A DNA stretch of 64,000 nucleotides from Pavona decussata (lineage: Eukaryota). The translations under genes were made by a program, and so were the position numbers. Shown piece after piece: positions 24,760 through 36,888 of this stretch. The notes beneath the pieces were generated by a model. It worked only from the letters and a program-made list of their open reading frames with translations. It was not told the origin of the DNA and made no database searches. The stretch covers positions 1-64,000 of the forward strand of contig CDRNST010000104.1 in the NCBI GenBank assembly GCA_977016875.1, read 5' to 3'. The stretch's first letter is position 1, and each line of letters begins with the position of its first letter.

Positions 24760-26011
24760 TATTTTGTTCGTTTTTTTTAATACTTTATTGTAAGGTCTTA
24801 GCAATGTCAATCTTTTATCTTTATATCTGTTTTAGTGAACAAAATTGTGTTGTAAGAAGTGTTGGAATATATTGTAATTCATTACAGTTCTGTAAGCTGG
24901 TAAGAATAAAAGCGATCAATAAATAAATAAATAAAATACAATATTTATCTTGCAGCGCAGTCTTTACTAGTCTGTGTGGTCCCCAGGAAATTTTGATCAC
25001 GTGCAAAAAACCGGACTTTACGCGCGTACGACTAAAATAGAAAAATACTTCACAGGGTTTCCACGTGATCAGCAAGGGAACAATTGGGCCTGAAATGACG
25101 TCACTAGCAGTTTACACTTTTTACATTTCAATTACACCAAATTCCAAATTGTTTTTTGGTGAAATGTAGCCGTGCCCAGGCTGTTAAAAAATCTACGTGA
25201 AGCAAAAGCAGAATCAATCGGAGTTGAAAACCAAAATAATACAACGGTATTTTTGTTCGCGAGAAAAATACCTACTTCATTATATTGCTCACCTCACCTT
25301 CTTAATAATGAATATTGCACTCAATAAGATTCATAAGAATTTATATCGCTGACCCCAGTAACAAAGGAAACGGCCACTTGCGTGGTTCTTCGCTTCGGCG
25401 CCAACAATTGTTAAGATACTTCAACCTCCCTACTGTTCTCAAGCTTTGTTTTTGCGCTTGCGGTCTGGAATAATTCCTCTCACGAAAACATTTTGCCCAT
25501 CTGTAAATGCTAAACTGTCAGCGTCGGTACTTAAAAATGTCTTGTTGGTTTGTCTTAACATTTTTCCCTCAGAGGTAAAAGTCACCAGTTAATAATGTTC
25601 AGACGAAATAAACAAACAGCCAATATATCTGTGACAGTTACTTTGTTTCCGTGTTGTAATAACTCGTCTTTATTTGCAGTCTATAATTTTATTTGAAGTT
25701 GTTTTACTAAGCATAGAAATTAATATTTCAAGAATGTAGTAAATATTATGACCTCAGTTACCGCTGTAAAGCGAGTTTTTTAACTGAACAGCTCTCCAAT
25801 TCAAAGATAACATGTAAACCGTGACCGAATACAATATTTATCTATTCAATATAAATAATTGTTTCATAATAAAAATTCATGCTGTAACCGGGATAAGAAT
25901 ATAAATAACACGGTTTGCGGCACTTGGAAAATTTAAAAATCCTAGAAACTGTGTGTCTTTGAAGCAGCTGGCATTCAACGAACCCAAGAAAAAATCACAG
26001 CTCGACTTTAA

Positions 26012-27007
26012 ATGGCAGCTGTTGTAGGTCATTATGACTTCTGGAACATGACGAGCGAGAAAGCTTTACAAGAAGCTTGGCTACATCTAGAAAATGTGAA
26101 GCCTTTGTCGGCTACCAGTGCTGTTCTCTCGATAGTAATGTCACCTGTAATCGTGATTGGAAATATACTAGTCCTGTTAGCGGTTTGGAAGGATCCTCTT
26201 AAAAAACTTCGTTCATCGTCTTCTAACTTCATTCTGGTTTCCATGGCCTTCGCCGATCTGTTAGTTGGTTTAGTAGTCTGTCCGCTCACCGCCTACTGGG
26301 GCTGGGTGATATTTTCTAAGGAGAAATCGCCATTTGATCTTTCCGTTATCTTTGCAATCAACGTCTTTTCTGTCAATGTGAGCTTTGGACACATGCTCCT
26401 GTTAACAGCGGATAGACTTTTTGCTGTGGTGTCTCCACTCCAGTACCGATCAAGGGTTACAAAGAAGCGACTCCTCATCGCAAGTTGTATTTGCTGGTTG
26501 TACTTCTTGGCTTTCGGTTGCTCATTTCTCATGCTACGCGACTACTTTGCCATAATGGGAGCTGTTTACAATGTGCAACTTTTCTTGATTCTTTTCAGCA
26601 TGTTAATTATGTACGTGGTAATCCTGTTCCGCTTTCACAGATATTCCCAAGTAAAAGAACAGGAAGCCGAATCGACAAGAAGTCGTTCAATCATCCTTCG
26701 AAGAGAAAGAAAACTCTTCAAAGCGATAACTATCGTAATCTGTGCATTTCTCGTCTGCTACATGCCTTGGTTCATAGTTCAGATGCTGATTTATTTGTGT
26801 ATACCATGTCATCCTAATTTGTCTTGGTTGATGATATCTTTCGGGTTTTCAGGCAGCTTAACGTATGCAAACTCTGGATTGAACCCAATTTTGTACGCGT
26901 GGCAACTTCCAAAATACAAAGAGACGTTCAAGTATTTTTGGAGGAACCAAAGAACATGGTTTGGCCGTCGAAGAACTGTTAACATTAGTGAGAAATACTA
27001 TAATTGA
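26012..27007 (+). CDS. Class A GPCR copy 6 (331 aa)
   Basis: MAAVVGHYDFWN start; DRL, CYMPW, CIPC, NSGLNPILY. Opposite orientation to copies 1-5. Confidence 0.93.
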   Translation: MAAVVGHYDFWNMTSEKALQEAWLHLENVKPLSATSAVLSIVMSPVIVIGNILVLLAVWKDPLKKLRSSSSNFILVSMAFADLLVGLVVCPLTAYWGWVIFSKEKSPFDLSVIFAINVFSVNVSFGHMLLLTADRLFAVVSPLQYRSRVTKKRLLIASCICWLYFLAFGCSFLMLRDYFAIMGAVYNVQLFLILFSMLIMYVVILFRFHRYSQVKEQEAESTRSRSIILRRERKLFKAITIVICAFLVCYMPWFIVQMLIYLCIPCHPNLSWLMISFGFSGSLTYANSGLNPILYAWQLPKYKETFKYFWRNQRTWFGRRRTVNISEKYYN

Positions 27008-27649
27008 AAGCTTAACTGAACTAAGAAATACTAGCTCATGCCCTTATTTTCGATTCATTTCCACCTTTTCATCTTCATTGAAAAAAAAAAGTTTCCACCT
27101 TCTCTCATAAACATCCAAGCGGTTTATGGATATCATTTCGTTAATGTATTTTAGTTTAAATTACTTGTTAAATCTGCTCATTCGAGCGCGATTTACCGGT
27201 AAATGAACTGGAATTGTCGGCATTGTAATTGGGTGGGTTAGATATATATGTCAAAGCCGAGCGTGTCGTATTTGGCTCCAGCTGGAATTCTACTTGTACG
27301 AAACTGGAGTTCTTGTAGTTTATCCTTCTGGGCTTTTCTGGGCTTCAGGAGCAATGACGAAACAGAGTTAACCAGCGCCTTATAAATCATAGTAATCAGT
27401 CGAGTGAAGTAGTGTGTACAAAGGCTCGGATGGAATGGTGCCGGGATGGTTAGATTTCAGTCCGCCAAAAAATTCGCTTTATCTGTTTTTAAACCCGGAG
27501 AAACTTTTCAATTTGTTTGGGTCTAAAAATAAATAAATAAATAAATGAATGAATAAACATTCACTCTGAGAGAGCAGAGGGACTCAGCAATTGGGCAGTC
27601 TACCTGATTGCTGGACGTAAGCGGACTCAGTCATATCAACACAAAAGAA

Positions 27650-28130
27650 ACATAACCAGTCAAATATATTAGTAACAATTTGTTTCCATGTAACAATAAC
27701 TAGTCATTGAAAGTTGTTTTCCAGATCATAGGGAAATTGTATGATGCGGTAAATATTATGAGGTCGACCGGTCCCGGTGTTGCAAAAAGAAAGGTGATTC
27801 ATATGAATGGCTTTCAAATTCAAGCTTAAGGGCAAACCATGCATGCAGATAAGAATAAAAAATAGGAAGCTATTCAATAAAAATAATCATTGTTTTTAGT
27901 AGACTCTCATGATAAACTTTAACCCCAGTTGAAGTCGGTGAAAAACGGAATAGAAATGACTTGGAAGACAGAATTCGAGAGCTTTAAATAGAAGGATTCT
28001 TTTTTTAAGAAGTTGATACTGTCTTTGGAAGAACAGTTGTTTTTTCTCCGAAATCGCAATCGAGCTCGACATATTTATTCAACAGTGCAGTCGTTGTAGG
28101 TCATTACAAGTTCTGGACCATAACAAGTCA
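27650..28130 (+). pseudogene. Relic of the upstream region and N-terminus of a copy-6-like GPCR
   Basis: ~28087-28130 translates to AVVVGHYKFWTITS (copy 6: AAVVGHYDFWNMTS). ~27660-27765 resembles ~25620-25755, upstream of copy 6. Confidence 0.6.
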
Positions 28131-28621
28131 TAACAAAGAATCATCAGTTTTAATCATGACGAAGAAGTATGTTCAATATATCAGGTGGTTTCCCTGATTG
28201 GTGGAAAATGCGTAGTTCATGGGGCGTGTTCACAATAACAACAGGAAAGAAACAGTCAAACAGCCGATATATTAGAAAGTGTTTGTTTCCGTGGAGTGGG
28301 GTGGACTTAAAGGTATTACAGACGTGAGATCCATGGGGCGTCTTGTTTCTCTTTCATGGCATGTCAATAAACGTTTCTGAAAAGCTTCAGTAGATTTCAT
28401 GTCACGACATTTTAGCAAAAGATATTTTACGAAGCTCGGACCGTCATGCCTCTTTCACCTGCACCCTTAGGGTCTTATGACGGGGAAGACGGGCATTACT
28501 TCAAAATGCACGCATTGTTGATTTTCCGTTCTCATTAATGAGCGCGCATTTTGTGCAACACTATCATTTCATTATTGCCAAGAGCTGTGGTTTGCCATCT
28601 ACACAATAGTCTAACAAGACC

Positions 28622-29659
28622 ATGGCTATATTGCCAGGTTCGGAAAGTGTTTGGGAAGCAACGTTTGACAATGTTCTCGAAGCCATGCCAGCCCAGTTTG
28701 GTTTCGATTTTTATTTTATATCTTTGATCGCCGCTGTGGCCATCCTATCTTTCGCACCAGTGACAATTCTTGTTAACATATTTGCATTATATACCTTTAA
28801 CAAAGATCCAAACAGGGAGCTTCACGTCGCACCTTCTAACGTTCTGCTGATGAGTCTTGCTCTCTCTGATCTTTTTGTTGGAGCTGTTCAGTCGCCATTG
28901 ACCGCTTATTATTGGCTCGCCAGTTTCATCTCAAGGAAGACTCCGTTTTCGTACACAATCATGCTATCTGTGAACGCATTCGTTTCGATCGGTCCAATAT
29001 TACATCTGTTGTTATTGTCTGTTGATCGTTACATAGCAATAGTCTTCCCTCTAAGGTACGTCTCAACAGTTACTAAGACACGAACGTACGTCGTTGCGGT
29101 GTGTATATGGTGTTATTCCTTGACAGCTGGAATTACCTCGGCTGTATTGAATAGAATCATCTCAAGCGGAAGTTTACTTGCAGCCCACGTTGTTATTCCG
29201 TACGCTTTCATGATGTACCTCAACACCAGAGTCATTACCGTAACACGAAGAACGTCAAGAGAATTTAATGACAGTGTGATTAATAGACAAACTCAATTCT
29301 TCATTAAGAGGGAACGTAAAATTTTCAAGCTGGTTTTAATAGTTCTCGGTGTGTTTACAACATGTTATCTTCCCTGGTTTATTACAATAATATTGGCCCT
29401 CTCGTGCAACACGTGTAACTCGACAGCTTTGGTGTATACCTATGGCATCGCAGGAATATTCCTGTACGTTTCCCCTCTTATTCATCCGTTTCTTTACACG
29501 TGGAGACTTCCCAAGTTTCGGAAGGCGCTTTTACATTTTTTTGAGTCGAGACTTATGAACGTGAATTCCACGTCGCAGTACGACTTGAAAGCAAACACCG
29601 TTATAACGGACAGTCGGGACATTAAAGTCAGAAGTATTACAATGGAAAGCCTAGCATAA
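28622..29659 (+). CDS. Class A GPCR copy 7 (345 aa), divergent member
   Basis: LALSDL, DRY, CYLPW, CNTC; HPFLY in place of NPxxY; family motifs KDP..L and WRLPKFR. Confidence 0.92.
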   Translation: MAILPGSESVWEATFDNVLEAMPAQFGFDFYFISLIAAVAILSFAPVTILVNIFALYTFNKDPNRELHVAPSNVLLMSLALSDLFVGAVQSPLTAYYWLASFISRKTPFSYTIMLSVNAFVSIGPILHLLLLSVDRYIAIVFPLRYVSTVTKTRTYVVAVCIWCYSLTAGITSAVLNRIISSGSLLAAHVVIPYAFMMYLNTRVITVTRRTSREFNDSVINRQTQFFIKRERKIFKLVLIVLGVFTTCYLPWFITIILALSCNTCNSTALVYTYGIAGIFLYVSPLIHPFLYTWRLPKFRKALLHFFESRLMNVNSTSQYDLKANTVITDSRDIKVRSITMESLA

Positions 29660-29689
29660 TGAAGACCGTACTTATCAGTATCCTGATGA

Positions 29690-30040
29690 TGAAGAAAACA
29701 TTGAGTATTTTTCATGCGTCATTTGTGCGTTCATCGAGATATCAAGCACACGGAAAGTTTGGAGAGCACGAAAGATGCGTAAGAGCCGGTTGCTCGAGGC
29801 GTAGCCTAAAGCAACTCTAGCTTCTTGAGTGCTCTCCAAACTTCCCGAGTGCTTCATATTTCGATGAACGCACAGGTGACGCATGGACCAGTTGTTTAAT
29901 AACATTTTCAACGAGGTAGTTAAAATGTTTTATCTCGACAAATTTGTTTGCTGACGTCACCAGCGTGCACAATGGGAGTATGAAGTACGCACGCGCAATT
30001 GAATTTGATTACACGAATTTAAAAGCTATGTTATAATATA
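29690..30040. repeat. Hairpin-rich interspersed repeat directly downstream of GPCR copy 7
   Basis: Long imperfect inverted repeat (CATGCGTCATTTGTGCGTTCATCGA..GGAAAGTTTGGAGAGCAC / GTGCTCTCCAAACTTCC..TCGATGAACGCACAGGTGACGCATG). Confidence 0.6.
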
Positions 30041-30612
30041 TTCTTGTCTCCTGTTTGTAAGGAGTATCTCAAATCAGATTCCCATCAAAATCCCAGACTT
30101 TGGCTGTAAAATGTTACAGACATATATGTATTTGGACTTGGGACGTCACACGTCAGGCTTTCAGGTGTAGCTAGAAAGGTCACGTAGTAGATTGGCTTGA
30201 ACAGACAGGCATGCATGTCACAGTAGGGTCCTGGTTTGAGATGCCATATCGGGAGTAAAAAAGTTCAAATTAGTTTCAGCAATAGTCAAATAATATGCAT
30301 TTTGCTGCCTGCTAATTGCAAGATATTTCATCTAGCAATGTAAACTCAATGAACGCCCTCCAGATCTAAGAGGCTACCTTAGCTACTCAAAAGATTCAAA
30401 GAGTTATATCTTGAATCGATCGAACAAGGCAGCCTCAGCTAGTCAAAAAACATGGAAATCCAACCTCTGAATAAATGAATATAGACCCTAAAAACCACTG
30501 CCACTTATTTGTTATGTCCTCTCTCTCACGCCCTACTATAAGACAACTAACTTAACTAATTAACTTTAACTTATTGTGAAAGTAGCTCACATATCCTTTA
30601 GTGAATTAATGT

Positions 30613-30700
30613 CAACCTCGTTCCCAGGGCTTTTCCCTTCTCGTGGGGGGCGGGCGGGCCCGCCCCCCACGAGAAGGGAAAAGCCCTGGGAACGAGGTTG
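30613..30700. mobile_element. 88-bp perfect foldback mini-element
   Basis: 43-bp perfect arms (CAACCTCGTTCCCAGGG...) with a 2-nt spacer. Flanks AATTAATGT / AAATAATGT suggest a 9-bp TSD. Confidence 0.8.
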
Positions 30701-31582
30701 AAATAATGTGGAATTTTTTTTCTTGTCTGTATCAGGTACTACTCTTTGTAAATTTTTTCTGTGCAATAATGCTGTAATCTGTTCATTGTCAATAAAATTT
30801 TAATTTAGAAAGACAATTTTGTTACTGTAATGAAAAAGATTAAAAGGCACAAATTAGAACCTCCTGTGGTATGATGACACTGCAAATGAAGAGTCTGCCA
30901 AAAGCACTACTTTGGCCATGCTATGATGTCATACCATTGTACTCTATATAGCTACGTATATCGGCCATTAACTGTCTTTAAATGGCCAAAAAAATGTAAA
31001 TCCATCTTTCCCTTTCTTCATCTTTCTGTATTGATGACTCGTCGTCTTGGGGGGTTCCCCTTATTTTTGTCTATGACGTTAGGATTTACGTCAGTTTGTG
31101 CGCAAAACATCAAAATTTCCGGTGAAGACAACTGCTGTGTAGAGAGTAGCAAACTCGTCTTACTCAATGTTCATTGCGGAATTTTTCACTGCAGAACACA
31201 AAGTATGTATGTTTTTTTACAGCTATTTCAAAAAAGTCGAATTTTAAGGCCTCAAGCTTAGGCAATCGTGAGGGTAGTACTAGTATGGGTAGCTGTAAAT
31301 TTTGTAATTTGGCTGTAATGTGTTCATTTGTTATTGTCATAGGATGGGAGAAAACATAATAAATATTTGCCTCTGTGATTTGTTTCTAGTAGGGGTGCGC
31401 CAAAGCTGACTTTAGTAGAGTTATAAATAAATTACCCACGTCACCTTGATTGTCACGTAGGCTTTCTCACAATGTCAATTGAAATAGCTGTATGTTAGAG
31501 GCAGCGTTAACGACCGCTATTACGGCGTCGGACTTGCAATCAGGAAGACCCGGATTCATTTCCAGCACTGTCCAACTTAGAG

Positions 31583-31670
31583 TGATTCGCTCTGACGAAG
31601 GGAAACGCTAGTACTCGAGAGTTAGCCCTTCATCAGAGCGAATCCATGCGCTCTGACGAGGAGCTAGATG
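31583..31670. repeat. Degenerate Penelope-type hammerhead-like repeats
   Basis: Three partial GCTCTGA(C/T)GA motifs, two of them inverted relative to each other. The GAAAC half is disrupted. Confidence 0.45.
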
Positions 31671-32636
31671 ACCAAATGATCAGTACTTCATGTAAGCCTA
31701 CGAATAATGTCCCGGGACATGACCAAATTGCCTTATTCTGTTAATAAAACTAAACATTCGTTTCCACACCCCCGCCGACACATCACCAAAGTTTTTATTT
31801 TATTTTATTTTTTTTTAGAAAACTAACCCCAACTAACTGGTTGGAATTAGCCAGCGTAATTTTTCTCAATAAATAGGGCGCCGATACAAACTTACTGATG
31901 GAAACACTCTCATTTATGATAACACCTTATTCCAAGAATTGTTTAGTTATATGCAGTCAAGTAACCGAGGTTATTCTTGCAGTGTAATCAGTTTTAGTTG
32001 AGTCGGTTTATAAGTAAGGATTGCAGGATATGTCAAATAGAATAGCTTGGCAAACTTTGAGGCCAGAGAGATTTTTATAACGAAGTTTTAGTCTTGAGAT
32101 TAAGAGAACTTCGAGAGCGGTCGAGATGTTGGGGACAACTTGAAAACACTTGAAACCCCCCGATCTGCGGACTACGCCACGGACTTTTACCTTTTTACAT
32201 TCATTTTTTAACATTCACAATCCCCTGCATGTGATTGTTTTGAAAAACTAACTGCAAATAATATACTCTCTAGTGACAGGATTTTGAGCTATCCTTCTCT
32301 TGGGTTTATCATTTGGTAGTCGGTCCATGGAGTACACCGTGAAGTAGTCCGTCTGGGAGTGCGTGGAGTAGTCCATGGGTTAGGCCGTGGAGTAGTCCGT
32401 GGAGTATTTCACAACACCCAAATCTCCAACGAACGGCAGGCTGGGGTGTCAGATTAAAGCTTCAACCCAAGGGGCGTTGGAAGCCTGGAAAATTATGTGC
32501 TTGATCAATCAATCAATCAATCATGATCATTCAATCAATCAATCAATCAATCAATCCAACGAGCACTGTCCAGAAGCCTGGGAGATGATATGGCTTTTTC
32601 AGTCAATCAGTGAATCAATCGATCAATCGATGATTG

Positions 32637-32712
<76 letters not shown>

Positions 32713-34375
32713 TAAAACTTATATTGCGCATATACAATAGAAATATTTTCATATGCGCTTAACAGCAATAAGATCAAATTAATAAATCGGTTAAAACGCT
32801 ATCATAAAAATGTATAAGTAAATCAATTAAAAGCTATCTGAAAAAAGTATGTTTTGAGGGCTTGTTTAAAAGAGGTGAGGATCTGAATGTTTCTGATCTC
32901 CGCCAGAAGACTGTTCCATAGTTTCGGAGCCGCCGACTGAAAAGCTCGGTAAGCAAGTGTAGGTAAGCACCGCGCTTTGGCTGGTACCAACAGAGTTGCA
33001 TTCCTGGACCTAAGATTATATCTTGACTGGGGAGCGATAGCGATAAGATCGACCAAATATTGTGGTGCAAGTCCTTGGAGGCACTTGAATGTTAGCAGCA
33101 CAATTTTGAATTCAATTCTGTATTTGATGGGCGACCAGTGAAGATCTTTCAAAATGGGAGTGATATGACAGACGCAAGGAGTGTTAGTGACAAGTCTCGC
33201 AGCAGCATTTTGAACTCTTTGAAGTTTATTCATATGGAAGGCCATATAAAAGGAAGGCCATATAAAAGACTGTTGTAGTAGTCCAATTTACTAGTGATAA
33301 ACGCGTGGATAAGGGATATGGCAGATTGATGAGGCAAATACTTTCTCACTGATCCTACGTAAGTTGTAGAGATAATAAAAAGACGAACTGCAGATATTAT
33401 TGATATGGCTAATCATATCAAGATTAGGGTCAAACCATGATCCCAAGTTTTTCACCTTTGTTGAAGGACGTATTCGAGATTCACCAACAACAACTAGTAA
33501 TTACTTTCTCGAGTTGCTGTCTTGTTCCAAGAATAAGAAATTCTGTTTTGTCAGGATTAAGTTTTAATCAGTCCATCAGCATCCAGTTCTGTAGATCACG
33601 AATGCAGGATTGTATAGATGACACGGCAGCAGTTTCGTTGGTGGAATTACCAGGTTTAAAGGCCAAATATAACTGAGTGTCATGGGCATAGGCATGTACT
33701 TTTGGCAAGTGGTTGTTGACAGTATTGAACAGCTTACTGGAATAAATTACGAATAATAGAGGACCCAGGCAGCTGCCTTGGGGAACCCCAAAGTCGATGT
33801 TGAACCGGACTGATAGTACACCATCAACTAAAATTTTCTGAAAGCGATCAGATAAATACGAGGCGAATCAGTCGAAGACTTGTCCAGATACACCAAATTC
33901 TGTGCACAAACGGTTTAAGAGAATTTGGTGGTCAACCGTGTCGAAGGCAGCGCTGAGGTCCAGAAGGATAAGAAGCGTAACGTGTTGTTTATCCATACTC
34001 ATTAGAATATCATTTTTAATTTTGAGTAGGGCTGTTTCAGTTCTATGGTTAGGACGATGTGCTGATTGGAGCGTAGGAAACAGGTTATTCTTAACCAGAT
34101 AGGACTGTAGCTGATCCGCTGCTGCTCGTTCGACTAACTTAGAAACAAATTGGAGATTACTTATAGGACGAACATTTTTGAAAGCCAAATCAGAACCACA
34201 CTTCTTGAGCGTAGGAGTTACAAGGGCCTCTTTCCATACGTCAGGGAAAACACCAGACTGTAATGACTGGTTAATAATAACAGTTAGCAAGCGCACGAGG
34301 TCATCCAAACATTCTTTGACTACTTTCGTGGGGACAGGATCCAGAGGGCACGATTTCGTTGGTACACTAACCACA
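32637..34375 (-). mobile_element. 5'-truncated L2/CR1-group LINE with an (ATT)n tail
   Basis: RT motifs RPISNL, QSAHR, LLDLSAAFDTVDH, GVPQG, LQRVQNAAARL, HITPILKDLHW. The catalytic YADD is mutated to YAHD. A 3' stem-loop precedes the microsatellite tail at 32637-32709. Confidence 0.92.
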
Positions 34376-35559
34376 AGTTTAAAATAAGTAAGTAGTACTT
34401 TGCCTGTTCAAACGAGGAAACACGAAAGCAAACGTTTATAGTTTATAGTTAATAGTGTAATATTGCTAATCGCAATGGGCTTCGAAACGCCAGTCCACCG
34501 AAAAACCTTACAGGAAAAAATAGTGTGCCAAAGGGCAAACTTGATAATTTTTAACTAGCACAAGAGACACTTTTTCAATGTAATTTTAACAATTAAAGAT
34601 AATTCATGGATGCAATGAAAATTGTAATAGTTAACTGATAGTTGTAACTGCAGAAACTCGGGTTTTTGCTATTATGGATCTTAGCGTGTGTCTAACTACA
34701 TCAACAGTGCCAACAACAACAACAAGCTTTATTTGCATGACTATAACAAATACAGTATTGCAAAAGCTATTCATAACTAATTATTGATTCGTTAACTAAT
34801 ACAGTGAGTGCCCAGAATAGCTTACGGACTACATTTATAAGCAAACTAGAGTGACCACTTCGCGTCCTTTCTCTTTTAACGTTATTACGCGTGGCAACAA
34901 CAAAATTGAAAGCTTAGTACTAGGACAAAACCTGCATCTCGTCATGCAAGAGAAGAAAATGGCGCATATTTTGCTTACGTCACCTGGTTCAAAATGAGAG
35001 GGAGTTCCAGGGAATACGAGCCGAAAGCTTTTTTAACTTTGAGATGAGAACTTTCAACTTTTTTGTTATCACAAGTCCCTTTAGCGTTTAATTTATCATT
35101 CTATTGATGAAAAAAATTCAGACAAATTCAAACAAATGTATTCACGAAGGCCTCCTTTTAAGTTAAGATGTATCGTATGGTATTGTCTCTTGACAATAGC
35201 CTATTTTAGTCTAACAACACTTAGGGTACATCTTAATTTAGGAGAGCTTCGTGAATGTAGCTCCAGGGCATTTTTCGAAACTTTTCAGAGGCAAAGTCGC
35301 TTATTGGGGCTGGCTATTCACTGCCGGGTTTGGTATATGCTAAGACAATTATGCACCTCAACGTCGGTGAATAGTGGCAAATATTTACAATATTCATTAG
35401 TCCTCTTTTACTTGACTTCGCACAAGGCGATAGTTGACATTTCCCACCCTTCACGATCCACATTCTTCGGGTTCTCCTCACCTTTGCTGGGAGCAGTTTC
35501 AGTGACAGTTAGAGTCATTCAACCAAGATATTGTTTACTTGATCGATGATTTTTTTTTT

Positions 35560-35700
35560 TCGGTCAATGACACAAGCGTACTCGGAGAAAGAAACTCCGA
35601 GTTCTCCCAAGAGGAGTCGAACCTTTGACGTTCCGATTACTAGTTCCTGTGCCACTGACTGAAAAAAATACATCTATCATTTATTCACCAGGCTTAAAAC
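35560..35700 (-). mobile_element. tRNA-SINE fragment
   Basis: B-box-like GGTTCGACTCC on the minus strand; degenerate. Confidence 0.45.
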
Positions 35701-36019
35701 AACATGACATTTCTTTTACATTGTTTTTATTACGAAAAATCGGCCGCACCTAAGGACAAATATTGCATAATGTACCTGAGTGGGCCTGTAGGCGCCCAAG
35801 TAATTGGTCATGTAACTACCATTTCTCTGTGATTTTTTCGGCGAAGCTAATAAAATAAAATGTGTCACTTCGTCTCTTCCTGGCAAACCGAGCTATGAAC
35901 CAACGCAGTGCGTAGGAGATATCAAAGTGTAAGCGACCTAATCGGTCATCACAGTTTCAATTTATTTTAGTGAAATTTGCTGGCTATATTTAATATTTAA
36001 AATTGAAATGAAATATACA

Positions 36020-36707
36020 TGGCCAAAGGTTATGGTTATTTAGGAACAAGAACGCCTTCACAAAGAATGCCTCCCATTATTTTAAGTATCAGTGAGCCAC
36101 TGCACGTGCTTTCGGAAGGAAAATTTCACGACAACTGACATTACCTAGTGCAAAGAGCCATTCTGATTAGTCATTTCATATTTTACGAATCAATCAAATC
36201 TCCGAAAAAAACAAAAAAAGAGTTCTCGCAAAGTTGGTTTCTATTTAGCCATAACAACCTGGACCTCGTACAGTGTTCTGGTATTAGAGCTAAATTTCCA
36301 AGAGTTTGAAAAGTTAAATATCACTCGAGGGGTCAGAACAAAGTAAGCCTCTAACTTAATAAAACTTGACCAAAGGATATGGTTATTTAGGAACAAGAAG
36401 GCCTTCACAAAGAATGCATCTCATTATTTAAAATATCAGTGAGCCACTGCACGTGCTTTCGGAAGGAAAATTTCACGACAACTGACATTGTCTAATGCAA
36501 AGGGCCATTCTGATTGGTCACTTCATATTTTACGAATCAATCAAATCTTTGAAGAAAAAAAGTTCTCGCAAAGCTGGTTTCTATTTAGCCATAGCAACTT
36601 GGACCTCGTACAGTGTTCTGGTAGTACAACTAAATTTCCTAGAGTTTGAAAAGTTAAATCACTCGCGCGGTCAGAAGAAAGTAAGCCTCTAACTTAACGA
36701 AACTTGT
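36020..36707. repeat. Two-copy tandem duplication (~345 bp) upstream of TNF-like gene A
   Basis: Units begin CCAAAGG(T/A)TATGGTTATTTAGGAACAAGAA at ~36022 and ~36370 and end AAAGTAAGCCTCTAACTTAA...AAACTTG. Confidence 0.9.
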
Positions 36708-36888
36708 TCGCTTGAACCGTTCTTGCTTCTGATATACGTGACCTAAACTTGAAAGCGTAAGTCACTATGGAATTCATGAATACTGCTAATTCAATTAAGT
36801 ATATCCTCGCTGAAGGATTTTTTTTCTTCGTGTTGATGGATCTCAATATTTTTTTAGGTTCCATTTCTGCTGCGTACCGATTCTAATC

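Noticed and set aside
4910-29659. Assigning ADORA or aminergic receptor gene symbols
   Set aside because: Ligand-binding residues are not consistently conserved and orthology cannot be shown by eye.
2475-29715. Short antisense and alternate-frame ORFs over the GPCRs, some similar to each other
   Set aside because: Shadow ORFs; their similarity follows from the paralogy of the sense genes.
36117-36128. Bona fide NF-kB site
   Set aside because: GGAAAATTTC lacks the GGG...CC ends of the consensus; noted only as a weak candidate.
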